From: an uncultured Verrucomicrobiae bacterium
GTDB taxonomy: Bacteria; Verrucomicrobiota; Verrucomicrobiia; Opitutales; JABDGR01
Direction of reading: 5' to 3'
Assembly (NCBI GenBank): GCA_963765205.1
Contig: CAVXVB010000005.1
Location: forward strand, 352,001-416,000
Length of the DNA stretch: 64,000 nt
Part shown: positions 40,549-51,268 of the stretch, piece by piece
Layout of the letters: each line of letters begins with the position of its first letter
Position numbering within the stretch: position 1 is the stretch's first letter
The notes under the pieces: model-generated
The model's input: the letters and a program-made list of their open reading frames with translations, nothing else
Databases searched by the model: none
Told to the model about the DNA's origin: nothing
Made by a program: the position numbers and the translations under genes

Positions 40549-43492
40549 TCACGGCGCGGGCCCCACCACCACCTGCAGGAACGCAACGCCCGAATCAGGC
40601 AGGGGATAGGTCGCCGTGACCTGGCCGCCGCTGTTTTGCACATTCACCCCGCTCGCGCTCCAGGTGATCAAATCCGTGCTGGCCTCGACGGAGAAAATGA
40701 GGTCCGCCGGCGGCGTGGGGAAGGTCAGCACCAATCGGCCGTCCGAAACGACCGGCTGCGGCAACGCGGCGTGGCCGTCCTCCCATGGGCTTAAATCGAA
40801 GGCGTATTTAATCAGGTTCGGAATGCCGTCGCCGGACGGGTTGGCGTAATCGCCGCTGACGGTCGCATCGGCAATCTGCGCGATGCTGAAATTATCACCC
40901 AGCCACGCCTGCTTCGTAGCCGACGTGCCCGGCGGGAAATTCTCCGCCACGGTCAACACCCCGGTGGCATCGTCAAACGTAAAGTTCACCCCGGAGAACG
41001 TGCCGCTCCACCCCCCGCCGTCATCGGTCAGCGAGCCGGCATAGGTTCCGCTCAAAGTGATGCCATCAAAATCACCGCTGAACCCCGACGCGGCGAACAG
41101 ATTATAAACTCCATTCGCCAACGCCGCGCCCAAATTGATCGCCACGTTTCCGCCATAAACCACCGCGCCACTCGACAAAATTTGGCTGTAATTTCCCGCC
41201 CCATTGACGGTGAAGGTGGCATTGTCCCCCGAAAACAACGCGAGAGAACCCACCGCCAGCGGGCCGGTTCCGTCGCTGCCCGGCACAATGCTGCCACCGG
41301 CATTGACCACGACCGCCCCGCCCAGCGTCCCATTCCCGCCCAAGGTCGCGCCCGCGCCGACCGTCACGTTGCTGCTCACCAGGTTGCCCGTCACCAGCAA
41401 TGTGCCGGAATTCACGTTCGTCGCCCCGATATAGTAGTCGTAGCCGGAAAGCATGAGCGTGGCGGTGCCGTTTTGTGTCACGGTGCCGTTGCCCCCAATG
41501 CTGTGGAGAACGTTGCTGTTCGCGGATTGGTTAAAAACCAAAGCCGTCTCGACATCGGCAGAAAGAAACCTGGAGGTATCGCCGGTCAAAATAAGCGTGC
41601 CGTCGAGCACTTTCATTAGACCGCCAAAAGTATTATTGCCGGACAGCGTGAGATTGCCCGAGCCGGTCATTTGCAGAAACATCTGTCCGGAGAGGGTGCC
41701 CGAAAAAGTGGTGTCAAGGTTTTGATTAAAAATTAAATTTGGGCCATTGCTCGGAGCGTTTATCACCCCCGTAAAATTCGAAATGTCGCCATTGAGCGTC
41801 AAGGCGGCATTCTCCAGCGTCAACACGCCGTTGCCGGACAGCGCGCCGCTCGTTGTCATCGCCGCGCCCCCCAGGGTCAACGCGCCATTATCCATAATAT
41901 TGCCGCTGGAATTCAACGCATGATTGGTTCCTTGAAAGGTCCCGTTGCCAAAGATGATATTACCCACGACCAGCGTGCCGCCATTGACGATGATGTCGCC
42001 AGTGGCGCTGTAGGCGCCGAAGATGGTGAGCATGCCATTGCCATTTTCGGTGAGATTGCCTGAACCGCTGACGTTGCCACCCCAGGTGCAGTTGAAGCCA
42101 TTGGTGTCCACGATGCCGCCGTTCGTCCCGGCCATTAATACGACGTTGGCCCTGATGCCGAAATTTCCCGTCGCTTGGACAATTCCACCACCCCAATTGA
42201 TCGTGGCATTGCCCGCTCCGTTGATAAGGCCGGAATTTACGCCGACTTGAATCATACTGCCGTTGTTCAAATTCAACGTGCCGCTGCTGGTAGAGTTTTG
42301 CGCAAGCACGATGGTGCCGTTAACGGTCCCGCCATTAGCGACGGTCAGGCTCCCATTCCCATTGCCCCCCACCACGAGACCATTGTTGACATTCCAAACG
42401 GAGCCGGCGCCGGTGACCGTGGCGCTGCTAGTGGTGTTTGAAGACAAGCCGATGACGGTTGCGTTGACGGCGGCGTTACTCGTCACGCTGGCGCCATTGG
42501 CAATCGTCAGGCTTGAGCCGTTGTCAATTTCAAGGCCGATATTATCGGATGGACTATTTCCTGCCGCCAGCGACGAACCGTTGTCGGTGACCGTTATCGT
42601 GCATGAATTTCCAGTCAGCAGCACTCGATCCGTCGCGGGGATTTGCCCCCCATTCGCAATCGTAAGGCTGTCGTTTTGACCGTCAAGAACCAAGCCCGCA
42701 CCACCGGTGTTAATGGTCGAGGCGTTTCCCGAAGCTGCCGTCCCGGTCACTGTGACTGTCGTATTGTTACCCACGATGATCAAATCAAAAAAACCCGCAA
42801 CCTCGGCTCCTCCCTCGACGACGACGTTGCCGGTGCTGAGGCCTGCATAGCCCACATAAAAACCGCGTCCAGGCTTCAAAGTTGAACCATCCCCGGTAAC
42901 GGTGAGGGTGCCGTTCGAGCCATTACCCAAGCCGACATAAGTCGAATAATCCGATTGGAAGCTTGCCCCATTGGCGATCGTGAGGCTGCCGGTGCCGTTG
43001 GCGCCGATTTCCAACCCTGGCGCGAATGCACTCCCTTCATTCGACGCGCCCCCGGTGGTATGTTGGTTTGATATTAATACCGTCTGAGGATCGGTTACCA
43101 GCATCGAGCCGGTGGCCCCCGCGCCGAAATCCCAAATAGACCACCCCCACGGTCAAATTCCCGCCGTTCGAAATGGTCAGCGACGTGTTCGCGCCGCTGG
43201 CCGTGCTGTTGCCCACCGTAAGATTGCCCGCCGTCGAAGTCCCCGACGAGAACACCGCTTGGTTACCGGAATTGGTGTCCAGAATCACCGTGTTGTTCGA
43301 GACCGGCACGACGCCCGAACTCCAATTCGACCCCGTGTTCCAATCCGTGCTCGTGTTTCCCGTCCAGTTTATCGTTTGGGCCGAAGCCACCGAAAGCGCG
43401 AAAATCCCGGCCAACACGGCCACGATGCGCCCGCGCCGGGAATAATGGCGAAGTGAAAAAAAACAGCGCGCAATGAACCCAAAGGCATTCAT
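40549..43492 (-). CDS. Large secreted protein with autotransporter-associated beta-strand repeats; 1-bp frameshift near 43128
   Basis: Signal peptide (ASA-QT), WTG..STDWNTGSNWS, repeats such as GSGNLTLSGNNTFGG and VGGNGNGSLTVANGGTV; ORFs 43037..43567 and 40549..43104 join. Confidence 0.85.
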
Positions 43493-43618
43493 TTTCCAAT
43501 AAGGGGTGGAGCGTAAAAACGAACCCGTCTGCATCATGCCCGTTCCTAACGGCCTGCGCAACCCCAAACCCCACCCTCCGCGGTTGTAACCAAATCAAGC
43601 ACTTTGCAGCGTCTTCCC

Positions 43619-44392
43619 TCAAGGCCCGATTTCGATGGTGTAAGAGCCGGGCGGCAGGGGATAACGGCGAAAATATACGCCGAGCTTTTGACGCAGGGCT
43701 TCTTCCACCTTCGGGTTCTCGTCGGTTTTGGCGACGCTGAGGCTGCCCACTAAAAGCGGTTCGCCCACCAGGCCGGCCGAGTTGAAAATCAGCAGAAAAT
43801 TGGCCGGCTGCCAAAGGGCGCCGCCCGCGTCCGGCGCCAGCTCCGGCGGCCAGGTGATATCCTGGACTTTGCCGTCCACCGCCGCCGGCACGATGTGCAA
43901 CTGCGCGCCGCGCGCAGGCAGCGGGGTGCTGGTGACAGGCGCCTGGCCCATGGTGTGCAGCGCGTCCATTTGAGCGGGCTTGAGCGCGTCTGCGGGCGTG
44001 GCCGCGTCTGCGGGCGTGGCGGAGATTTGCTGCATCGTCTTGTCCACGTCGCCGGCCTGAGGCTGCAAGGGGTAGGGTGGCAGGGCTGGTTGCGGGTGGA
44101 TGGCGGGCGCGGCGGCCGCGCGCATCGCAAAGTTGAGCGGCGTGAGCGTATAAATCATCTGCGGGTCGGAAAGCATTTCCTCGTCCCGCAGGGCGGCAGC
44201 CTGCCCGGCGTCGCCGGCTTCGACGTAGTGGACGAAGGGCGCCGGCTCGGGTGGCGGCGCAACTGGCGCCGCCGGCCAGCGCAGCAGCGCCAGGCCCGCC
44301 AGATACACGCCCACGCTGATCAGCAGCGCCAGCAGAAAAGCCGGCTGCTCGCGGGGACGGTCGTGGCGGGCGGGGAATTCGGCGGCGGGCAT
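43619..44392 (-). CDS. TonB-like energy transducer (divergent)
   Basis: N-terminal TM, Pro-rich linker and small C-terminal domain; downstream of exbB/exbD-like genes. Confidence 0.5.
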   Translation of the reverse strand: MPAAEFPARHDRPREQPAFLLALLISVGVYLAGLALLRWPAAPVAPPPEPAPFVHYVEAGDAGQAAALRDEEMLSDPQMIYTLTPLNFAMRAAAAPAIHPQPALPPYPLQPQAGDVDKTMQQISATPADAATPADALKPAQMDALHTMGQAPVTSTPLPARGAQLHIVPAAVDGKVQDITWPPELAPDAGGALWQPANFLLIFNSAGLVGEPLLVGSLSVAKTDENPKVEEALRQKLGVYFRRYPLPPGSYTIEIGP

Positions 44393-44399
44393 GGGAGAA

Positions 44400-44478
44400 A
44401 ATTAAGAATTAATAATTAAGAATCAAGAAGGCAGATTGATAAATGGAGAAAAATTTCAAATCTGAAGTATCAAATCTG
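44400..44478. repeat. Heptamer arrays AATTAAG x4 and AAATCTG-type x4
   Basis: Direct reading. Confidence 0.8.
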
Positions 44479-44491
44479 AAATACAGCCATT

Positions 44492-45034
44492 CTACGGCGC
44501 CGTCGCGCCGGAGGCGGGTGTTGCGGCCCCGGGTTGATCCTCCGTGTTCGGCGCAATCCGTTCGGCGATTTGCACCGCCCCGAAGCCCGCCTTCAGGGCC
44601 AGGTCATTGATTTGGGCCAATGTCTCCATGTCGGTATTGGCCGGAGCCAGGAGCCGGAGCACGAGCAGGTCGCCCGGCTGCTTCTTCACTTTTGCGGCGT
44701 GATCGGTGAGGGCCTGCGCCAGTTTCGGAAAAGGATAAATGCCGTTATCGAGGACGAAAATCTGGTCTTCAATTTTCGTATTGGTCGCCTGCAGGGACAA
44801 AGTAACATCAACCCGCCGGCCCGGTGTGGTTGCGGCGGTCGTGGTGGGCAGCACGAAGGGCGCGTGGTCTTTCGGGTCGAGCACATACGTCAAGCCCGGC
44901 GCAATAATGTAATTGGACTGGAGCAGCGTCAGCAGCCAGCCCGCGACGAGCACATTCAGCCAGGGCACGACCTCCAGCCGGAGGTTCGGCCGGTGCACAT
45001 GGCGCATCAATCCTAAGGGGCTGGTTAAAGACAT
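44492..45034 (-). CDS. ExbD/TolR-like protein (conserved Asp replaced by Asn)
   Basis: VVPWLNVLV TM segment and C-terminal 'LAQINDLALKAGFGAVQIA'; downstream of an ExbB-family gene. Confidence 0.75.
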   Translation of the reverse strand: MSLTSPLGLMRHVHRPNLRLEVVPWLNVLVAGWLLTLLQSNYIIAPGLTYVLDPKDHAPFVLPTTTAATTPGRRVDVTLSLQATNTKIEDQIFVLDNGIYPFPKLAQALTDHAAKVKKQPGDLLVLRLLAPANTDMETLAQINDLALKAGFGAVQIAERIAPNTEDQPGAATPASGATAP

Positions 45035-45113
45035 GGTCGCGGGACCCCACGATTAAGGGATAATCAAATTAAGGAACGGGTTCATAAAATCGGCGCGGCT
45101 GGGAGGGGGGCCA

Positions 45114-45827
45114 TCAGGCGCCGGGCGCGGGGTTGTCCGCGGTCGGCGGGTAGGGCTGGCTGCCGGAAGGAGCCAGGTTGGCGTTCTCCACGGGCGCGGG
45201 CGAATTTGGCAAGTCCACGAGCAAAAATTGCAGCATGTCATTGCCGACCCATTCCATGTCATGCACGAGCGCGCGCACGCGCCCATGCAGGAAATGGTGG
45301 GCCAGATAGGCCAGAATCGCGACAGCCAGCCCCATGGCCGTGGTAATCAGGGCCGAACTGATATAGCCGGAAAAATCCGCGGCATCATGATAATCTCCTT
45401 TGGTATGCATCTGCTCGAACCATTGCAGCAAATTCAACACCGTGCCCAGCAAGCCCAGCAACGGCGCGATTTTGGCGATGGCCGCGAGCGTGCCGAGGCG
45501 GCGCTCGAGCGTGGGAATTTCCACCAGCGCCATCGCTTGGATGGCGCCGCGCAGGTGCGTCTCGTCCTCCCGGTAATGGCGCAGGGCGGCCTTGACGACC
45601 GCGGCGACCGGCCCGGGCGTCTCCTCGCAGACGGTCAGGGCCTCAAGGATGCGGCGCTTGCGGGCGAGGTTCTTGATGCCCTCGACAAACTTCACCGTGC
45701 CAATCTGCCCCTTGTGCAAATACAGCGCCCGTTCCAGAGTGAACACCAGCCCAAGCAGGCTCAACCCGAACAGTGGCCACATCATGGGGCCGCCGCGTGC
45801 CAGCAGGGAAAAGTCGAAAATATTCAT
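45114..45827 (-). CDS. MotA/TolQ/ExbB proton channel family protein
   Basis: GGPMMWPL, APLLGLLGTV, ALITTAMGLAVAI. Confidence 0.92.
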   Translation of the reverse strand: MNIFDFSLLARGGPMMWPLFGLSLLGLVFTLERALYLHKGQIGTVKFVEGIKNLARKRRILEALTVCEETPGPVAAVVKAALRHYREDETHLRGAIQAMALVEIPTLERRLGTLAAIAKIAPLLGLLGTVLNLLQWFEQMHTKGDYHDAADFSGYISSALITTAMGLAVAILAYLAHHFLHGRVRALVHDMEWVGNDMLQFLLVDLPNSPAPVENANLAPSGSQPYPPTADNPAPGA

Positions 45828-46039
45828 GATTGCGCCCCCACCATAGCGGCCTTGCCCCGGTTTGATAAGCCAAAATCGCAGTCATTTTGGGAACTTGCGC
45901 CCATATCGGGTTAATTATACAAACGATGACATATCTTTTACCTTGGGAACTGTCTTTTTAACTTCAACGGTTGGATTCCAGCCGATAAGAACAAGGCGTC
46001 TTAGGAGGTGCAGCCTGTATTCCCCAACCCTACCCGCTC

Positions 46040-47515
46040 ATGCGCGCGCCGATTTCTCCCGAGGAAAAACGTTGGCGCGCGCGGGCTGGCGCGGTGGCCC
46101 GGCGGGTAAATTTTGGGTGGTGGTGGCACCGCCTTAGTGCGGCGCTGGTCGGCGTCAATCTGGCGGGCGCGACGGCGCTGCTCCTCTTTCGGCAAATGCG
46201 CTGGCCGCTGCTGGGGTGGGCGGCGATGCTCGGCGTGGCGTGGCTGGCGGCGGCGGGGCGGGCGTGGTGGCGGGCGCGGGCGCGCTTTTATGCCCAGCCG
46301 GAAGGTTTGTTGCGCCTGGAGACGCACTTGGGCTGGCATAATATTTTGTCCGCGGCGGCTGCGGGCGGCATGGGCTGGCCGGAGTTGCCCGCAGAACCTG
46401 TGCGGCCCTTGCAATGGCGCTGGCTGGCGTCGGCCCAGCCTGTGTTGGCCTCGGTGGCGTTTCTGCTCGCGGCGCTGTTTATCCCCGTGAGCGCGCCGCC
46501 CAAGCCGGCTTTGCCGCCGCCGACGCAATTGCCGCCCGCCTTGCAGCAAGTGCAGTCGTGGACCGAAAAACTCAAGGAACAAAACCTCGTCCAGCCGGCG
46601 ACGATGGAATCGTGGGAAGAGCGCCTCGCCCAGTTGAAACAAAAGCCCCAGCAGGAATGGTATGGGCAGGAAAGCCTCGAAGCCGCGGAATCGCTGCGCA
46701 ACCAACTGGCGCAGGAAATCAACACGATGGACAAGAATTTGAAAAAAACCGCCGATTTGGTGGCCGCCCTGCAGGCGCTCCCCGCCGGCGCCGCGATTCC
46801 GGCCGATTTGCAGGCCGCCCTCAACCAGCAAATTGCCGCGCTGCAAAACAGCAACCTGCCCCTGAGCCATAGTCTCGCGCAGTCGCTCAACAATCTCAAA
46901 AGCCTCTCGCCGGATCAACTGGCGTATCTGATGAAACAACTCCAGCACGGCGCGGACAACCTGAGCTACCTGTCCGCGGACAACGGGCTTTTCACCGGGC
47001 ACTTTCAAACCAGCCAGAACAGCGCCAAATTCCAACTCGGGCGCTATGGGCAAGGCCAGCTGGGCAGTTGGCCGGCCGGCTCCATGAAAAACCCGTCGGG
47101 AACGGCCGGTCAAGCAAGCTCCGGCCCGGGGCCAGGCGCGGCGGGCAGTGGAACCGGCAACAGCACCGCAGGCACAGGGCCAGCCGCCGCCGATGATGAG
47201 GCGATGTGTGACACGAGCATTGCCAATGGCGCGGGCGGCGGTCCGGGCGGCGGCGGCGGCTCGAATGGGATTTCTTACCAGGCCCCGACCGATGTGCAGG
47301 CCAAAAACCAACAGGGCGTGAGCAACAACGGCGCGAACTCCGTGGCACCCGGCGACCTGGTCGGCATCTCGATCAGCGCGCCCACCCACAACCCGCAAGA
47401 CAACACGCCCGCGGGCGCCGGCGGCGCCGCCAGCCAGGGCGGCGAGGGCGACGCCGTGTGGCGTCAGGACCTGACCCCGCAGGAGCGCGCCCTGTTGCAA
47501 CAATATTTCAAATGA
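46040..47515 (+). CDS. Hypothetical membrane protein with coiled coil and Gly-rich tail (MoxR locus)
   Basis: Three TM segments, Gln/Leu coiled coil, Gly-rich region, and C-terminal LTPQERALLQQYFK. Confidence 0.8.
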   Translation: MRAPISPEEKRWRARAGAVARRVNFGWWWHRLSAALVGVNLAGATALLLFRQMRWPLLGWAAMLGVAWLAAAGRAWWRARARFYAQPEGLLRLETHLGWHNILSAAAAGGMGWPELPAEPVRPLQWRWLASAQPVLASVAFLLAALFIPVSAPPKPALPPPTQLPPALQQVQSWTEKLKEQNLVQPATMESWEERLAQLKQKPQQEWYGQESLEAAESLRNQLAQEINTMDKNLKKTADLVAALQALPAGAAIPADLQAALNQQIAALQNSNLPLSHSLAQSLNNLKSLSPDQLAYLMKQLQHGADNLSYLSADNGLFTGHFQTSQNSAKFQLGRYGQGQLGSWPAGSMKNPSGTAGQASSGPGPGAAGSGTGNSTAGTGPAAADDEAMCDTSIANGAGGGPGGGGGSNGISYQAPTDVQAKNQQGVSNNGANSVAPGDLVGISISAPTHNPQDNTPAGAGGAASQGGEGDAVWRQDLTPQERALLQQYFK

Positions 47516-47545
47516 AAATTTCCGATTTTCCACCATCACGCCCGC

Positions 47546-47575
47546 TTGCCAACCCGCTGCCCGCGTGATTAAACT
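47546..47575 (+). promoter_or_regulatory. Candidate internal promoter for the MoxR gene
   Basis: TTGCCA-18 bp-TAAACT, followed by a 9-mer array at 47578-47607. Confidence 0.3.
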
Positions 47576-47615
47576 CCCCTACCTCGCATACCTCCCCTAT
47601 CTCCCATCATCCCCC

Positions 47616-48665
47616 ATGGATACCCCCGTCGCTCCCACTACTCCGCCCGCCACTGCCATTGACCCGTCCGTCGCGCAAGACGCCGCGCGCCAACTCGGCC
47701 AGTTGCACGGCGCGATTGCCAACGTCATTTTCGGCCAGGAAGAACTGATCGGCCTCGCCATCACCGGCCTGCTGGCCGGCGGCCATATCCTGCTCGAAGG
47801 GCTGCCCGGCCTCGGCAAAACCGAGCTGGTCAAGTCTTTCGCCAAAGCCCTGCACCTGGACACCAAGCGCGTGCAATTCACGCCCGACCTGCTGCCCGGC
47901 GACATCACCGGCAACCCCGTCCTCCAGGAAACGGGCGGCGAGCGCCGCTTCGTTTTCCAACCCGGTCCGGTCTTCACCAATCTGCTCCTCGCCGACGAAA
48001 TCAACCGCGCCAGTCCGAAAACCCAGTCCGCCCTCCTCGAGGCGATGCAGGAGCGCCGTGTTACCGTCCTCGGCACCACCCACCAACTGCCCGACCCGTT
48101 TTTCGTCCTCGCCACGCAAAACCCCATCGAACTCGAGGGCACCTACCCGCTGCCCGAGGCGCAGGTGGACCGCTTTCTCTTCAAGCTCGAAGTCACGCGC
48201 GTCGCGCCGGAAGTCCTGCAAAGAATCGTCGCGCAACGCCGCCTTGGGGAAGATCCGCTGCTGGCACCGGTGCTCACGCGTGATGAACTGCTCCAACTCA
48301 TCGCGCTGGCCCGCCGTGTGTTTCTGCCGCCCGTCGTGATTGAATACATCGCCCGGCTGGTCAACGCGTCGCATCCCGGCCAGTCCTCGGTGGCCCAATC
48401 CATTAAATACGGCGCCAGCCCGCGCGCAGCCATCGGCCTTGCCGCCTCGGCCCGCGCCCGCGCGTTGATCCAAGGACGCGGCTATGCTGGCGCGGAGGAC
48501 GTGCAGGCCGTGGCCCGACCCGTCTTGCAACACCGCCTCATTTTGCATTACCAGGCGCGCCTCGAGGGCCTCACCTCCGCCGAAGTGGCAAACCGCCTGG
48601 TCGCCGAGGTGCCCGTCGAGGTCAAGAGTCTGCCGCGCACCCTCGCCGCGGCGAAAATCAACTAA
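47616..48665 (+). CDS. moxR: MoxR-family AAA+ ATPase
   Basis: GLPGLGKT, RVQFTPDLLPGDITG, LADEINRASPKTQSALLEAMQE, ATQNPIELEGTYPLPEAQVDRF. Confidence 0.95.
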   Translation: MDTPVAPTTPPATAIDPSVAQDAARQLGQLHGAIANVIFGQEELIGLAITGLLAGGHILLEGLPGLGKTELVKSFAKALHLDTKRVQFTPDLLPGDITGNPVLQETGGERRFVFQPGPVFTNLLLADEINRASPKTQSALLEAMQERRVTVLGTTHQLPDPFFVLATQNPIELEGTYPLPEAQVDRFLFKLEVTRVAPEVLQRIVAQRRLGEDPLLAPVLTRDELLQLIALARRVFLPPVVIEYIARLVNASHPGQSSVAQSIKYGASPRAAIGLAASARARALIQGRGYAGAEDVQAVARPVLQHRLILHYQARLEGLTSAEVANRLVAEVPVEVKSLPRTLAAAKIN

Positions 48666-48692
48666 GCCCCTTCCGCTTTTTTTCTTCCCACC

Positions 48693-51257
48693 ATGTTTGC
48701 GCTCCCCACCGAGGTTCTGGCTTCCTGGCTTCGACGCGTCGGTGTCGTCTTGCTTGTGGGCTGGCTGGCGGCGCTGCCCGCCCGCGCGCAAACTTCGCAT
48801 CCAGTGGCCACGGATCCCAACAGCGACATCAAGATTCAGATTACGGATGCCTATGCCGGCGTGCCCCTGCGCGGCTACCTGCCCCTGCGCGTCACCATCA
48901 CCAACTCTTCGAACAGCGATGGCGTGTGGGAAGTCCAGCCCCAGTCGCTTTCGCCCTACGGCGGAGGCCAGCGCTTTGACACGCTGGCCACCTGTGCCGT
49001 CCCCGCCCGCCAGACCCACGTCTTCGAAGTGCTCGCGCCGCTGCCGACGACGCCCGACTATCGAAGCCAGCCGCGCATCAGCGTCCATGTTACCGGCCCG
49101 GGGGTGACGAACGGCCCCGGCTCGGACGTGTCCTTCACCGCGAATTTTCAAGCCGTGTCCCCGGCCAGCTTGAACATCCCCGTGCCGGTTGCGGTGACCA
49201 CGAATCCAAGAGTCCGGCCCGCCGTCGGGTCGCTTGCGATCGGGACAACCAACATCACCAACACGGATGGTTCATATACCAACATCTCCGAGCGGAACGA
49301 AGGCTACGACAACACCAAGATAAACTACGTCACCCACTTTCCCAATGGCACGATCACCGGCGATTTCGACATCCGGGATTCGTCAAACCGGTTAGTTCAA
49401 ACCAGCTTCAATGACGCGGGCGCCACGCCGCCCGGCGCAAGCGCCGCCGCGCCCGGTGCTCTAAAGGGACGTAGGGGCTATGGTGGGCGGGATGTCCGGA
49501 TGGCGCACCCCAACCAGGGGCCGCCCATCTTCATCGGGCTGTCACCCGCGCTGGATCGCGCCCAGGGAAATTATATTAAGAATTATTTTAACAGCCTGTG
49601 CGTCCGGCCCCTCCAACAATCCCTGCTCGACCCCGAGACCTTGTCCTCCGATTGGCGCGCCTATTTGGGCTTCGATTGGCTGTTTTACACGGCGGCCGAC
49701 TGGCTGGACGCCCCGCCGGGCGCGCGCCTGGCCATCACGCAATGGGTGGCCGCGGGGGGCAAACTCCGGTTGGTGGCCAATACGGACGGTGGCCTGGATT
49801 TGCCGCCGCGCCAGGGCGAGCATTACGGCGCGGGCCTCATCGAGTTGTTCACGGAAGACGAACTCGCCAATTACAATTTCAACGCGGTGCACTCGAATCC
49901 CGCGGAACGTTATCTATTCAGCCTCGACTACCAACCGGCGCCGCCCGCCGCCCCCGGCGTGGTGTCCCCCGCCATTCCGGCGGGGTTGGAGCAGCGCGCT
50001 TTCAAGGTGAGCGTGAACACCATCATCGAACTGATCAATGTTGATCCCGCCGCCATCGCCGGGAGCAGCCAACCCTCAAACGTGAACTACATTGTGGAAA
50101 GCGAACTGGCCAATTTTTTCCGGCTGGCAACTCCCAATTTCTCGCCCAGCGCCAAAATGAACTTTGAGTTCAGCTTCGACCCGAACGAGGCCTCAAAACT
50201 GACGATTACCGCCCCGCCGGAGAATTTGGATGCTATCGCGGCCATCCTGAAAGCGGATGGCGAGCCGGACGGCGTGGTCGTCGGCACAGGGCCGGATTTG
50301 CCCGCCGTGCCCGCCCCGTCCGCAACCGCGCCGCAGGCCGCCAATGCGGCGACGGTGGTGCCGCCGCCGACCTTTGCGGAGACCGCGCCGACCCTGGACC
50401 CGCATTACCTGATGGTCGCCTTGACCATCATTTGCTTCGGCGTCCTGGTCGGGCCGGTTAATTTGTTCGTGTTTTGCAACGGCCCGCGGCGGCCGAATCT
50501 CTTGTGGGTCACGCCGCTGCTGGCGGTTGGGACGGGGCTGGTCATCCTGGTCTTTATTGTGATGGCGGAGGGCCTCGGCGGCCACGGCGTCACTTTCCGC
50601 GTCACGCAGTTGGTGCCGGATGGGAAGTTCGCGGTTGAATCGGAAGTGGAAGCCTCCGTCTCGGGCGTGCTCCTGCACAGCGCCTTTGACCTGCCCAACC
50701 CGGCCTGGCTGCTCGAATACCACTCGGTAGATCCGCTGATGATTTCGGCGGTGTCCTACGGGCCCTACGGCCCGCAGGCCGGGGACCCCGGCAATTTCTG
50801 GCAGTCCGGCCCCCACTACACGGGCGAGTGGTTTGCCAGCCGGCGGGCGCAGGTGTTGATGGCGCAAGCGGTGGTGCCGTCGCGCGCGGCCCTGCACGTC
50901 GTCCCGGCGACGGCCGACCAGCCGCCCGTGCTCACTTCCGAATATAACGACTGGATGGAAAAACTTTTCTACCTCGACGACCAGGGCCGATATTGGAAAG
51001 TGGATCGCATTTCCGACGGCCAGCCCACGCCGCTGCAACCGGCCACACCCGAGGAATTTACCACGGCGTGGGAGGCCATCCTGGCGAGTGCGCCGCCCAT
51101 GCTGACTAACGACAACGGCGTGCTGCGCAAGCTCACGCCGCGCCCCGGCTCCTTTTTCGCGCTGGGCAACGGCGGCAACTCGGCGCTTGAACCGGAGATA
51201 TCCGGTCTGCGCTGGTCGAGCTTCCGCCACGTCATCACCGGCCCCGTCATCCCTTAA
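48693..51257 (+). CDS. Large exported/membrane protein (MoxR locus)
   Basis: Signal peptide, GATase-like segment 'AITQWVAAGGKL', and two TMs 'FGVLVGPVNL...LLWVTPLLA'. Confidence 0.8.
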   Translation: MFALPTEVLASWLRRVGVVLLVGWLAALPARAQTSHPVATDPNSDIKIQITDAYAGVPLRGYLPLRVTITNSSNSDGVWEVQPQSLSPYGGGQRFDTLATCAVPARQTHVFEVLAPLPTTPDYRSQPRISVHVTGPGVTNGPGSDVSFTANFQAVSPASLNIPVPVAVTTNPRVRPAVGSLAIGTTNITNTDGSYTNISERNEGYDNTKINYVTHFPNGTITGDFDIRDSSNRLVQTSFNDAGATPPGASAAAPGALKGRRGYGGRDVRMAHPNQGPPIFIGLSPALDRAQGNYIKNYFNSLCVRPLQQSLLDPETLSSDWRAYLGFDWLFYTAADWLDAPPGARLAITQWVAAGGKLRLVANTDGGLDLPPRQGEHYGAGLIELFTEDELANYNFNAVHSNPAERYLFSLDYQPAPPAAPGVVSPAIPAGLEQRAFKVSVNTIIELINVDPAAIAGSSQPSNVNYIVESELANFFRLATPNFSPSAKMNFEFSFDPNEASKLTITAPPENLDAIAAILKADGEPDGVVVGTGPDLPAVPAPSATAPQAANAATVVPPPTFAETAPTLDPHYLMVALTIICFGVLVGPVNLFVFCNGPRRPNLLWVTPLLAVGTGLVILVFIVMAEGLGGHGVTFRVTQLVPDGKFAVESEVEASVSGVLLHSAFDLPNPAWLLEYHSVDPLMISAVSYGPYGPQAGDPGNFWQSGPHYTGEWFASRRAQVLMAQAVVPSRAALHVVPATADQPPVLTSEYNDWMEKLFYLDDQGRYWKVDRISDGQPTPLQPATPEEFTTAWEAILASAPPMLTNDNGVLRKLTPRPGSFFALGNGGNSALEPEISGLRWSSFRHVITGPVIP

Positions 51258-51268
51258 ACGCAACCGTC

